A stretch of DNA of 64,000 nucleotides from an uncultured Actinomycetota bacterium (GCA_963723815.1 CAVRSH010000045.1:48173-112172); one strand, 5' to 3'. Shown: positions 23,112 to 34,060, counted from the first letter of the stretch. The notes: generated by a model not told the origin, from the letters alone. Made by a program: numbers and translations.

Positions 23112-23672
23112 CGCGCCCACGGCACCGACCGAGCGTCGGCGGCCATCGTCGTGCTGACCGGCGTGTGGGTCCTGCTCTGGGACCACCCGTCGGTGTTCAT
23201 CGTGCTCACCGGAGCGCTGCTCGCGCCTGCTCATCGGTCTGGTGTTCCCGTTGCCGCCGATCGAGTTGCACGGCCGCGTCCGCCCTCTCGGTCTGGCCGG
23301 ATGGTGCTGCGGCTGCTCGGCGATGTCGTGATGTCCAGCTTCGCGGTCGTCAGGCTCGCGTTCAGCTTCGGGACGGTGCCGCGCAGTGCGATCATCCGGG
23401 TGCAGCTGCGCAGCCGCTCCGACCTGTATCTCACCCAGACCGCCGAACTCGTCTCCCTGGTGCCGGGCACGATCGTGGTCGAAGCGCGGCGGTCGACCAG
23501 CACGCTGTACCTGCACGTCCTCGACACGGTGTCGGACGCCGACCTCGAACGAGCGGTCCGGGACGTGCTGGGCGCCGAGGCCAGGGTGATACGCGCATTC
23601 GGTTCCACAGAAGAGATCGCGGAGCTCGGCATGCCGCGGCCTGCGCCTGTCGAAGGGTCGGACGATGGTTGA
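23108..23672 (+). CDS. mrpE: Na+/H+ antiporter subunit E
   Basis: VWVLLW, SLVPGTIVVE, LYLHVLD; operon position. Confidence 0.88.
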
Positions 23673-24002
23673 TCTCGTGATCATGATCATGGTCAGCGTG
23701 GCCGCGGTGCTGCTGATGATCGCGGCCGCGCTGACGGTGTTGCGGATGTCCCGCGGCCCGAGCAGCCTCGACCGCGTGGTCGCGGCGGACGTGCTGGTTG
23801 CGGTGGTGATCGCCGCGCTGGCCCTGGAGGCGATTATGAACCACCACACCACGACCCTGCCGGTGATGCTGGTGCTGTCCCTGCTGGGCTTCGCCGGTTC
23901 GGTGGCCATCGCCCGGTTCGTCGCCGATCGCGACAAGGCGACCCGTGGGAAGTGGACGATCCCGAGCGGAGACCCGGCCGTCGGCGGGCTCGGGCACAAT
24001 GA
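23665..24002 (+). CDS. mrpF: Na+/H+ antiporter subunit F
   Basis: RGPSSLDRVVAADVL, LSLLGFAGSVAIARF. Confidence 0.88.
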
Positions 24003-24496
24003 CCGCGAGCGATGTGCTGGACCTGGCCGGCGCGGCCGCGGTGCTGCTCGGCGCGTTCCTCTGCTTCGCGGCAGCGGTCGGGCTGGTGCGCTTCCCCGAC
24101 GTGCTGAGCCGGATGCACGCCGCGACCAAGCCGCAGACTCTCGGGTTGATCTTGGTCGCGCTCGGCGTCGAGCTTTCGCTGCGTAGCTGGGCGGCGTTCG
24201 GCACGGTGCTGCTGATCGCGACCTGCCAGTTGATCACCGCGCCGGTGGCCGCGCACCTGGTCGGGCGGACGGTCTATCGCAGCAATCAGGTGCGTCGTGA
24301 CCTGCTGGTCCGCGACGAGTTGGCTGAGGACCTCGAGGCGGGTGGATTCCGGTTGTCCGACCAGCCGGTCAGCCGAGGGCGAAGCCGGATGAAGCCGGCG
24401 AAGTGGTCGGGGTCAGGTTGCGTCTTTGCGTACGCCGACCCGAGCTCCATCAGCGTCTCGACGTGCTCGACCGCGTCGAGCCGGGCGAGCTGTTGA
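23999..24496 (+). CDS. mrpG: Na+/H+ antiporter subunit G (3' end uncertain)
   Basis: VGLVRFPDVLSRMHAATKPQTLG, ITAPVAAH. Confidence 0.9.
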   Translation: MTASDVLDLAGAAAVLLGAFLCFAAAVGLVRFPDVLSRMHAATKPQTLGLILVALGVELSLRSWAAFGTVLLIATCQLITAPVAAHLVGRTVYRSNQVRRDLLVRDELAEDLEAGGFRLSDQPVSRGRSRMKPAKWSGSGCVFAYADPSSISVSTCSTASSRASC

Positions 24497-25481
24497 GGAT
24501 CGACGGTGACGTTGTAGGGCTCTAGATACTTCGGGCTCAACTCGATGTTGTAGCCGGGCATAGGCGAACATCTCGTGCGGCAACCCTTGCGACAGATACT
24601 CGCAGTTCATTGTCCAGGAATGGACCGAACCGGAACTCGCCGAGTGCCCGGCACACCACGTCATTGTGGTTCGCGGCGGCGAACATCAAGCCGGTCGGCG
24701 TATTCGTGGCCACATAGATGATGTGGCGGCGCAGCCTGCTGAGATTCTTCAGGCGACCCGGCGGAAAGCCGGTGCCGATCGAGGTGAGCAGCAGCTTGTC
24801 CGGCCCGATCGGCCACTGGAGCTTGTACTCCGGAAGCGTTGCGGCCAGGAAGAGTTGCAGCGCCGGATTGTTGTGGGCCGTGATTCCGCCGTCGACCACC
24901 TCCTTGATCCTTTGCACCGAAATTGAGCCGGAACGGCGGAAAGAACGCCGGTGCGGCCGTGCTCGCCGCAAGCAGATCGCACAGCCGAACGCTCAGGTTG
25001 TCACGCGTCTTGGACTCGCCGGTGTTGTAGGTCGCCTTGCGGGTTGTTCGACAAGGGGTAGGGCGAGTTGGTCGTCCGGTTGTGCATCACGATCAGCAAC
25101 AGGGTGCGCAGGTCGGGGCTGCCGAACGTGCGGTCCCCGAAGGCCCGGGTCAGTTCGTCGTGCAGCGGCTTGTCCGGATACTTCGACCAGGCTCGCATCG
25201 GGATGAACTTGCGCTTGCGAAAAACGCGTTTGCCGAGATCGACGGTACATACCCTTGAGTCGATCGACGGACCAGCCGAGCGAGAGGCCCGTGGCGATGA
25301 TCGCGCCGGTCGACGTACCGCCGATGTAGTCGAAGAAGTCGGCCAGGACGAAGCCCTCACGGCGGCCGGTCAGGTCGGCGAGCATCGACTCCATCTCGCC
25401 CAGAACCCCCAGCGTGAAGGCCCCCCGCATGCCGCCGCCGTCGAGTGCGAGCAGAGCTTTCTGGGAATCCTCCGCCGTCAT
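24286..25481 (-). CDS. Patatin-like phospholipase (frameshifted; 3' end uncertain)
   Basis: LALDGGGMRG (oxyanion), IGGTSTGAII (catalytic Ser), VDGGITAHNNP (catalytic Asp), LTSIGTG; GGAGG RBS. Confidence 0.9.
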
Positions 25482-25528
25482 CCTGCCTCCCGTAGGCTCG
25501 TCGACATGAAATCGATCGCGGAGCCAGG

Positions 25529-26170
25529 ATGGCACAGCCGGCACCGCGTCGGATAGCGGTCGCGGCGGCTCCGGGATCGGTTGATCATCTTCTGGATCAG
25601 CTCGACCTGCCGGCCCGTACGACAACTCTGGTGATCAACGGCGGGACCAGCGACGATCCGGATTTTCCGATCGCCGCGATCCTCCAGGCTCTGCGCGCCG
25701 TGATCGGTCGAACTGGCCTGCATGGGGACCGGTGATCATCTCCGGTGGCACCCAGGCCGGGCTGTTCAGCCTGCTCGGCGACGTCGTCGCTGAGCTCCGT
25801 TTCGCCGGTCCGGTCATCGGCGTCGTCCCTGCGGGCAAGATCAATCGGCCGAACGGCACCCCGCTGGAGCGCCATCACAGCCATGTGCTGCTCGTCGATG
25901 GCGCGACCTGGGGCGATGAGACACCCACCATGCTGGCCCTCTGCCGCGAACTGGACCGGCGCGGTCCGGTGGTCGCGTCATTGCCGGTGGCGGGGCCCAG
26001 ACCATGATCGAGATCGACGGGCATCGGGCTGACCACCGGCCGGTGATCATCTTGACCGGCACCGGCCGGCTCGCCGATGATCTTGCTCGGCGACCGCACT
26101 GGCTGGTATGTCGTCGTGGACGTCGCTGATCGGTCGTCGTCCGGCTGCCGCGGTCTCCGAGGCGCTGCAA
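25529..26170 (+). CDS. SLOG-superfamily protein, TRPM-like prokaryotic type (LSDAT_prok-like), frameshifted
   Basis: Reassembled frames give LVINGG...IISGGTQAGLFSLLG...PVIGVVP...LERHHSHVLLVDGATWGDETP...AGGG...RPVIILTGTGRLAD. Confidence 0.75.
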
Positions 26171-29100
26171 TGATCATGCCCGACGAGCCGGAATCGAAGG
26201 GCTGTGGGTCACGCTCCGAAGCGATGTCGTCGAGCGCGCGCCGAGACGCTTCGCTTCTCTCCCGGTCACCGATCCGTTCACTGATCTCCCGAGCGGTTCG
26301 GAATGTGGCGATTCGGCTTGGTCGAGGCTGCTGGTTCCCGTTCGAGGGTCGCGGTTTGCTGCAGCGCGGGGATCTGGGCTGCATCGTCGCCGAGGTCGGC
26401 GGAGATCGAGGCGGCGCGCAAGAAGTACTCGAGCGCTTGGGCGTGGTCACTGCGGCCGATCGCCAAGTGGCCGAGCTGAACCAGGGTCTCAGCTGCGCCA
26501 GCCGAGTCCTCGGACTTGTCAGCCAGCGCGAGCGCGCTGAGATAGTGCTTCTCGGCGGTTGGTTCATCGCCACGCATCAGGCTGAGAGCACCCAGCTGGC
26601 GCCAGGACTGTGCCTGCCGGACCACGATCTCCAAGCCCTCGGCGTAGCTCCAGGGCGGCGCGGAAGTGATCCTCCGCGGCATCGAGGTCGCCCGCCTGTT
26701 GAGCAGCGGCCGCGAGCCGGTCAGATTCGCTGCGGCATCAGCCAGACTCGGATGGTCGAGCCGCGCCGCCGGTGGCCGTTCGCTCTCCGCCGCCGCGATG
26801 GCGTCAAGAATCGGTGGGAGCATGACGTCGATCAGCAGCGGAACGCCCGCGCGTTCGACGTCGTAGGTGTACTGCTGCGGTTCGTCGGAATTCGAGTACG
26901 ACGAGCGAAGCGGCTCGCGGTTCTCCGCCGGCAGGACGGTAGGGTCGCCGTGGCGTCTGCAGCGCTTCCCAGGCGTCGGTCGTCACGGCGAATCCGACAT
27001 GCACCAAGCGCGGCCCGAGCCTTTGCACGATAGTCGCCAGGTAGCTCCGGAACGTGCCCACCAGCCAGTCGACGTACGCATGAAAGGTCGGCCAGGTCAA
27101 CCCGGTCTCGGCGATCCCCGGAAACTGCGAAAGTGCGGACAAGCCCGACGGGTTCGGAGAGCCCTTGGACATCGGTGCCGGATCGGGTATCCAGAGCGGA
27201 TTCTCACCACCCTCCAGAAAGGCTTGGATCGGCTGAGTGAAGTACTCACACATCGTCCGGACGTGCTGGTAGGTCGCCCAGGACTGATCGTCCGACAGCG
27301 CGAGGATGTCCCGCTCGCTACGCTCACCGCTCGATCCTTCGTCGAAGAACCGTCGCATGTGGAAGGTCAGGGCCAGCGACTGCAGCATGGTCAGCGCATG
27401 ATCAACGGAGAGCTGAGTCTCGACCGAACTCAGCCGGAATCGTCTCCCCGCCAGGGTTCTCAGGACCACCTCGGAGCCCACATCGGTCAGCACCGCGGTG
27501 GCGCCGGGATCGGCGCGGGTGATCAGTGTGTGCGACTCACCATCGGCGGCCTGCCAGGTCACCTCGACCACGGAGCGGCCTGGTGTCCGGCACCGCGAGA
27601 ACCGCGCCATCCCCGGCACCCGGGGCAGTGAACCGCAGTCCCTGTCCACGAGTTCGACCGCGATGTCGGTCGTCGGCAAGGTCGACGGGGCGGCGGCCCC
27701 GAGCCCGTCGGGAAAGCTGCTGCCGTTGACGATGGTGTCCGGGACGATGCGATCGGCGTGCAATGCGGCGACCGCCGACAGGCGCTGGGCCGGAGCGGAC
27801 GCCAAGCGTTGCCGGCGGCAGCCGCCGTTGCGCCTGGCCGAACCACCGGACGACGTCGCGCGCTATCTCGGGGCTGCTATCCAGGGTCGCCAGCGCACGG
27901 TTGAACGCCTGCTCGACCTCTTGATCATGACCGCAGATGCTTTCCCAGACGATCGTGTCCTCGAGCCGGAGCATGTCCGAGTGCCCGGCATGCGCCTCGA
28001 CGACGATCGCGCGGGCCGCGGTTCGCTGCTGCTCGTACCAGGGATTGGCCAGCTTGAGCGCGGAACAGCGCGGCGACTTCGGTGCGCATGGTCCAGGCCG
28101 TCGCGGATGCCACGTGGGTCAGCGAACTGAACCACAGGTCGGCCTCCACCCCGGCGTCCAGCGCCGGCAGCAGGCGCCGGCGGAGGCGGCGGAGGAGAGC
28201 GGGCTCGACGATCGAAGCAACACTGGCCAGCCGGGCGAGGTTGACCACCTCCAGTGGGCTGGCCAGGACCTCGGCCAGGAGCTCGATGCCTGGTTCCCGA
28301 TCAGGTTCGGCCACGGCCCACCTCGGCGAGATCATCCCAGGCGACCGAGCGCATCCGACCTGAGACGCCTCTGGTCCGGCGATGCGGCACAACTGCCGTG
28401 GCGTCGGTCTCGGAGATGATCATGGTGCGGGCCAGTTCCCGCCAGCGAGCCGCTGCCCCGGCGGACTGGCGGGGGACCGGGCCGCACCGAACGGTCGAGA
28501 TGATCATGATCGGCCGCTCGGTGTCCAGGTCTGGTAAGGTCGTCACAGTCCTCGATCCACAGCACGGCGGTCGTCGGCGCACCGGCGACCTGTTGCGCGG
28601 CCTGCACGAGATGGCTAGACGTCTTGCAGATAAGGGAGCATGTCCGGTCCGACGTCGGCGATGATGGTCACCCCGCCGTCGACCGTCTGTTCGATCAGAC
28701 GGGGGAGTTGATCAAGCGGTCGTTGCTCGGCGATCAGTTCGATGGCCGCCTCGATGTCGGGCTGGACGCTGCGCCGGGGACGTCGGATGATCATGGTCAT
28801 CGCGGCCCGCAACTGGTGCAGCGGCACGATCGGTTCGTAACGGCACGTGCCACCGCCCGGCGGCGCCGGGGATGAGTGGCTCGGCCTGCTCGAAGGTGAT
28901 CGGAGCGACCGGATCCGGAGGCAGCGGCTCGACGACCGTGCGCATCCCGACTTGATCGGCTGGGAGTTCGAGTCCGTAGCTGAATCCGGGGCCGCTGACC
29001 CCGGATCGGACTCGGCTCCGCGGCATCCCGCCGTGGTGGCTCGCGGGCTGATAGGGGTGTCCTCGGTGCGTCGGCGGAGACCGAGCAACTCAAGCACCAT

Positions 29101-29184
29101 GGCGAGATCGTCGTCGGCTTCGAGGTGCAGGGTGCGCGCGACGGTCAAGGCTTCGGCCATGCCGATCTGCCCGCGACCGGTCAC
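26170..29184 (-). CDS. Large vWA-like + helical + unknown + TPR protein (MoxR partner; several frameshifts; 3' end uncertain)
   Basis: PDIEAAIELIAEQRPLDQLPR...VTIIADVGPDMLPYLQDV; VEPALLRRLRRRLLPALDAGVEADLWFS; C-terminal TPR-like repeats (AEKHYLSALAL...AETLVQLGHLA...QALEYFLRA). Confidence 0.65.
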
Positions 29185-30108
29185 GGCGGATCGCTCGCAG
29201 TCAGCGGCTGCTTCCGGGTCTCAGGGGTCTTGCGCAGCGCGACTTCCTCGATCCGTTCCCAGAGCGGCGAACCCGGATACTCGCCGAACTTCAGACAGGC
29301 TCTCAGTGCGTCGAGATACTCAGCCATGGAGGGCGCCCGGCGCTGGGCCTGCTCGGCGTCGGAGACGAGTTCGAGGGTGCGTACAGCAAGATCACGGTAG
29401 AGCGTGCCCGGCCGCGGCCCGAAGTGTGATTCCGCGACGGCGACGAAGAAGTCGGGATCGATCGTCATCCAGTTCGAGCGTGACGCAGCGGCGCAGGAAG
29501 GCCGGTGGCATGGTGCGCTCGCCGTTGCTGGTGATGATCACCAGGCACTCCGTCTGCGCGCTGATCGGGTCCAGACCGGGCACCTCGATCGTGTAGCGGT
29601 CGAGTGGGGCCAGCAGATCGTTGGGCAGGTCCGGTTCGGCCTTGTCGATCTCGTCGAGCAGCACGACCGTGCCGAGCCGGTCGCCGTCGGGGTTGATCCG
29701 CCGATCCTTGGGCGCGGAGATCGCCGCCCGGGCCGAGTCGGGCGCGAAGGCCCACCAGAGCACGCCGGGCACCAGGTAGGCGCCCTCGCGCTCGTCGATT
29801 TCTTGACCTGGGCGTGGCTCAGTCGTTTCACGGCGTCGAACCGTGCGACCAGGTCATCCAGCGGGTACGCGACGGTGATGGTCGTCTTGGCCAGTGCCCA
29901 GCCGAGGCGGCGCGCGACGTCGTCGGCGAGTGTCGACTTGCCCGACCCGGGCGAACCGGTGACCAGCAACGGGCGCCGCGTGATCATGGCCACGTTGACG
30001 GCGTAGACGATGCGCGGGTCGTGGTAGACGTAGGCGCGATCATCGGGCCCGAGCGGGATCCGGCGGGCGGTGCGGGTCGAACGGCGCGCCGGCGAAATTG
30101 GCGGTCAC
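29181..30108 (-). CDS. MoxR-like AAA+ ATPase (frameshifted)
   Basis: AVNVAMITRRPLLVTGSPGSGKST, PGVLWWAF, VVLLDEIDKAEPDLPNDLL, IITSNGERTMPPAFLRRC, PSMAEYLDA. Confidence 0.9.
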
Positions 30109-30111
30109 CGG

Positions 30112-31387
30112 TCAACCCAGGCTGTCGATCGCGCTGACGTAGTCACGGATGATCTCCTTCTCACGGTCGGCATCGAGTCTGGGGACCAGTTCGACGAGAT
30201 TGGGTGGCAGCGGACCGTCGATCCCCCGGGCGTCGAACATGACGAAGGAGATCGCCGGGTACGCGGCGTCGAGCCGGGCCAGCACGTCGGCGCCGATGGT
30301 GCCGGGCACGGTGACATAGCGCGGGGTCGAGCGCAGTTGGTCATCGATCTCGGCGTCGGTCAAAGATCGATCAGTCGACGATTCTGCAGCTTCCAGGCGG
30401 CTCGCAGATCGGCTTGCAGCGACTCGAAACTGGCGTCGGCGTTGTTGATCGGCATGATCTTGGGCCGGCCGGCGAGGTTGGCCCGGGCGATGTACCAGGG
30501 CACGGTCTGCTGCGGGCCGCGTCGTCTGGATACTGGCATGCACGCAGCCCGAACCGTTCGCTCGCTTGCGCGTCAGCAGAGCCGCCGCATTGGCATCGAG
30601 CGGCAGTGGAGCCAGGGCATCGATGATCGCCAACCGCTGATCATCGGAAACGGCCGATCCGAGCAGGTCCAAGGCGTTGCGGATGTCCTGCAGCCGGCCG
30701 CTGCCGACAAGATGCCGAGTGATCGACATCGCGGCTCGCGTTGCGCGCTCGCCCTGAAGGTAGCTGATGTCACGACCGAAGGTGTCGATCACGCCGATCC
30801 AGCAGACCACCGGCCACGGCACCCAGGTTGGTGGCCAGTTGCAGGGCGAGGCGGTCAACCGGTGATTGGTACGGGGTCAGCGTCCCCTTGCTCAGGAGCG
30901 TGCCGATCACCAGTTGACCAACCTGCTGGGGCGTACTGCCCCGGGCCTGCTGGATCCGGTTGAGGTCCACGACCCGCCAGGTGCCCTCGCCGAACTTGGC
31001 CCGTTCGGCCGCCCGCGCGGCGCGCGCATCCAGAGGCGTCAGCCGTGCCGTCGGCCTTGGGAAGAAAGTTGACCGGAATGAACTGGAAGTCCGGATCGAC
31101 CTGATTGCGCAGTGACAGGAAGATCGCCTCGGTCAGCACCCAGTCGGAGTTCCGGGCGTTCTCGTCGAGGATCACGATCGCCGCGTGGCAGGCGTGCAGC
31201 ATGAACGCGATCCGCTGCCGCCAATCGTCACCCGGGGCCAGTTGCTCCTTGTCGTACACGACATCGAGTGTCAGATGACATCGAGCACGGTGTCGCCGGC
31301 CGCAGCCTCGATCGCCCCGACGAGCGCGGTCAGCCGGGGCAGGTCGGCCTCAGGCGTGCTGTGGCTGACGAAGAGCCGGAATCCCAT
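30112..31387 (-). CDS. TIR-domain protein with an uncharacterised C-terminal domain (about 425 aa; frameshifted)
   Basis: RLFVSHS...YDKEQLAPGDDWRQRIAFMLHACHAAIVILDENARNSDWVLTEA...IPV (TIR_2 pattern with the conserved Glu). Confidence 0.8.
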
Positions 31388-31510
31388 CTGGTGATCCTCG
31401 CGTCGGCAGGAATGGGGCACCGATGAAGCATTTCTAGCAGATAGAGGTACGAGCGGGCCGGTGCAATACATGCGGTTCGCCACTGATTCGGGCATTAGGC
31501 TGGCCGCGTT

Positions 31511-33454
31511 ATGACGACCACCGAGACCGAGGCACCCGAGTCGCTGTTTCCCCGGCTGGAACCGCTGCTGGCCCGGGTCAGCAAGCCGATCCAGTACGTC
31601 GGCGGTGAGCTGAACTCCCAGGTCAAGGAGTGGAACTCGGTCGACGTCCGCTGGTGCCTGTCCTACCCGGACGCGTACGAGGTGGGGCTGCCCAATCAGG
31701 GCGTGGCGATCCTCTACGAGATCCTGAACGAGCAGGACTGGATCCTGGCCGAGCGCACGTACGCGGTCTGGGCCGATCTGGAAGCGCTGATGCGCGAGCA
31801 TCACGTGCCGCAGTTCACCCTCGACGCGCACCGGCCGGTGGGCGCGTTCGACGTGTTCGGCCTCAGCTTCGCCACCGAACTCGGCTACACCAACATGTTG
31901 AACGCTCTCGATCTGGCCGGGATCCCGTTGCACGCGGTCGATCGGCGCGAGCACGACCCGATCGTGCTGGCCGGCGGGCACGCCGCGTTCAACCCGGAGC
32001 CGGTCGCCGACTTCCTCGACGCGGCCGTGCTGGGCGACGGCGAGGAGATCGCGCTGCGGATCTCCGACGTGGTCCGGGAGTGGAAGCTCGAGGGGCGGCC
32101 GGGAGGACGCGACGGCCTGCTGCTGCGGCTGGCCGCCGGCGGCGCGGTGTACGTGCCCAAGTTCTACGACGTCTCGTACCTGCCGGACGGCCGGATCCAG
32201 CGGGTGGCACCCAACCGGCCGGACGTGCCCTATCCGGGTGGCGAAGCACACCCTGATGGACCTGGACGCCTGGCCGTACCCGAAGAAGCCGCTCGTGCCG
32301 CTGGCCGAGACCGTGCACGAGCGCTACTCGGTGGAGATCTTCCGCGGCTGCACCCGCGGCTGCCGGTTCTGCCAGGCGGGGATGATCACCAGGCCGGTAC
32401 GGGAACGCAACATCGAGACCATCGGTGCGATGGTGCAGGGCGGCATCGAGGCGACCGGGCTCGAGGAGGTCGGACTGCTGTCGCTGTCCAGTGCCGACCA
32501 TTCCGAGATCGGTGAGATCACCCACCAACTCGCCGATCGCTACGAGGGAACGAATGTCTCGCTGTCGTTGCCGAGCACCCGGGTGGATGCGTTCAACATC
32601 GACCTGGCCAACGAGTTGTCCCGCAACGGGCGGCGCTCGGGACTGACCTTCGCTCCCGAGGGCGGCTCGGAGCGGATGCGCAAGGTGATCAACAAGATGG
32701 TCACCGAGGACGACCTGATCGCCACGGTCGCGGCCGCGTACTCGCACGGCTGGCGGCAGGTCAAGCTGTACTTCATGTGCGGTCTGCCGACCGAGACCGA
32801 CGAGGACGTGCTGGCGATCGGTGAGCTGGCCAAGCGGGTGATCGCGACCGGGCGTGAGGTGAGCGGCCGGCGCGACATCCGTTGCACGGTGAGCATCGGC
32901 GGCTTCGTGCCGAAGCCGCACACGCCGTTCCAGTGGGCGGCGCAGCTCGACGCGGAGACCACCGACGCCCGGCTGGCCAAGCTGCGGGACGCCGTCCGGA
33001 GTGATCGGCAGTACGGCAAGGCGATCGGATTCCGCTATCACGATGGCAAGCCCGGGCATCATCGAGGGCTTGCTGTCGCGTGGTGACCGGCGGGTCGGCA
33101 CGCATCATCGAGGCGGTCTGGCGCGACGGCGGTCGGTTCGACGGCTGGAGCGAGCACTTCTCATATCAGCGCTGGGCCGCATCCGCCGAGGAGGCGCTGG
33201 ACGGCACCGGCGTCGATCTTGACTGGTACACCACGCGGGAGCGGGAGTACGCCGAGGTGCTGCCCTGGGATCACCTGGACGCCGGCCTCGATCGCGACTG
33301 GTTGTGGGAGGACTGGCAGGACGCGCTGGACGAGGTCGAGGTCGAGGACTGCCGCTGGACGCCGTGCTTCGACTGCGGCGTCTGCCCGCAGCTGGACACC
33401 TCGATCCAGATCGGACCGACCGGGCGGAGTCTGCTGCCGCTGACGCCCGTCTGA
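31511..33454 (+). CDS. TIGR03960-family B12-binding radical SAM protein (frameshifted)
   Basis: VSKPIQYVGGELN, YPDAYEVGLPNQG, RGCTRGCRFCQAG, C-terminal CRWTPCFDCGVC. Confidence 0.92.
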
Positions 33455-33483
33455 TCGGCGGGATCCTCTGCGGCCCTCGATGC

Positions 33484-33569
33484 GGTCGTTTCGCATCAAC
33501 TGGCGGCAAACGCACGATTTTCTGCACTCGAAGTGGTCGTTTCGCACCAGCTGGTGGCAAACGCTCGAT
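33484..33569. repeat. Two-copy intergenic tandem repeat, 51-bp period
   Basis: ggtcgtttcgcatcaactggcggcaaacgcacgat and ggtcgtttcgcaccagctggtggcaaacgctcgat. Confidence 0.75.
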
Positions 33570-33598
33570 CTCGCGTCTGAGCAGGACACGAATGCGAG

Positions 33599-34060
33599 TC
33601 AGCGGGTCAGGCTGCCTACGTCGATCCGGCGGGTCGCGCCGGGACCGCCGTCCGGATTGGGCGTGATCAAAGTTGCCGTCATCCCGCGAAACCGGAAGGC
33701 GGCCAGGTTCGTCAGTTCGCCGTCATCGTCGCTGACCTGATTGACCGAAGCGACACTGGCCCGCTGCAGGTCGTACTGGAGGAAGGCGAACCCGGCACCG
33801 TCGCGGATTCCGGCGAGGACCACCGATTCGGCCTGCCGGCCGGTGGCACAGAACTGCAACAACTGGAGTGTCCCCGAGGCGGACGGCACGCTGACCACGA
33901 GGTCCGCCAGGACGGGACGTCCGCTGCCAGCCAAGCTGTTCGGCGAGCGTTCGTTGCTGAGGCCCCAGTTCCACCGGCCGATCTCCAGTTCACCTTCATG
34001 GCCCTCGGCCAGTGAGTCTCCGGTCACGCCCTCGACGGCGAGATACCAGGTCGTCGACAT
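33599..34060 (-). CDS. Hcp-like (type VI secretion tube family) protein, orphan
   Basis: YLAVEGVTGDSLAEGHEGELEIGRWNWG...LLQFCATGR...FLQYDL...NPDG; 153 aa. Confidence 0.75.
   Translation of the reverse strand: MSTTWYLAVEGVTGDSLAEGHEGELEIGRWNWGLSNERSPNSLAGSGRPVLADLVVSVPSASGTLQLLQFCATGRQAESVVLAGIRDGAGFAFLQYDLQRASVASVNQVSDDDGELTNLAAFRFRGMTATLITPNPDGGPGATRRIDVGSLTR

Noticed and set aside
24286-31387. Canonical CBASS or Thoeris system
   Set aside because: No CD-NTase motif and no SIR2- or Macro-fused ThsA seen; only component domains are shared.
33599-34060. Complete type VI secretion locus or prophage tail region
   Set aside because: No sheath, VgrG, baseplate or other phage genes nearby.
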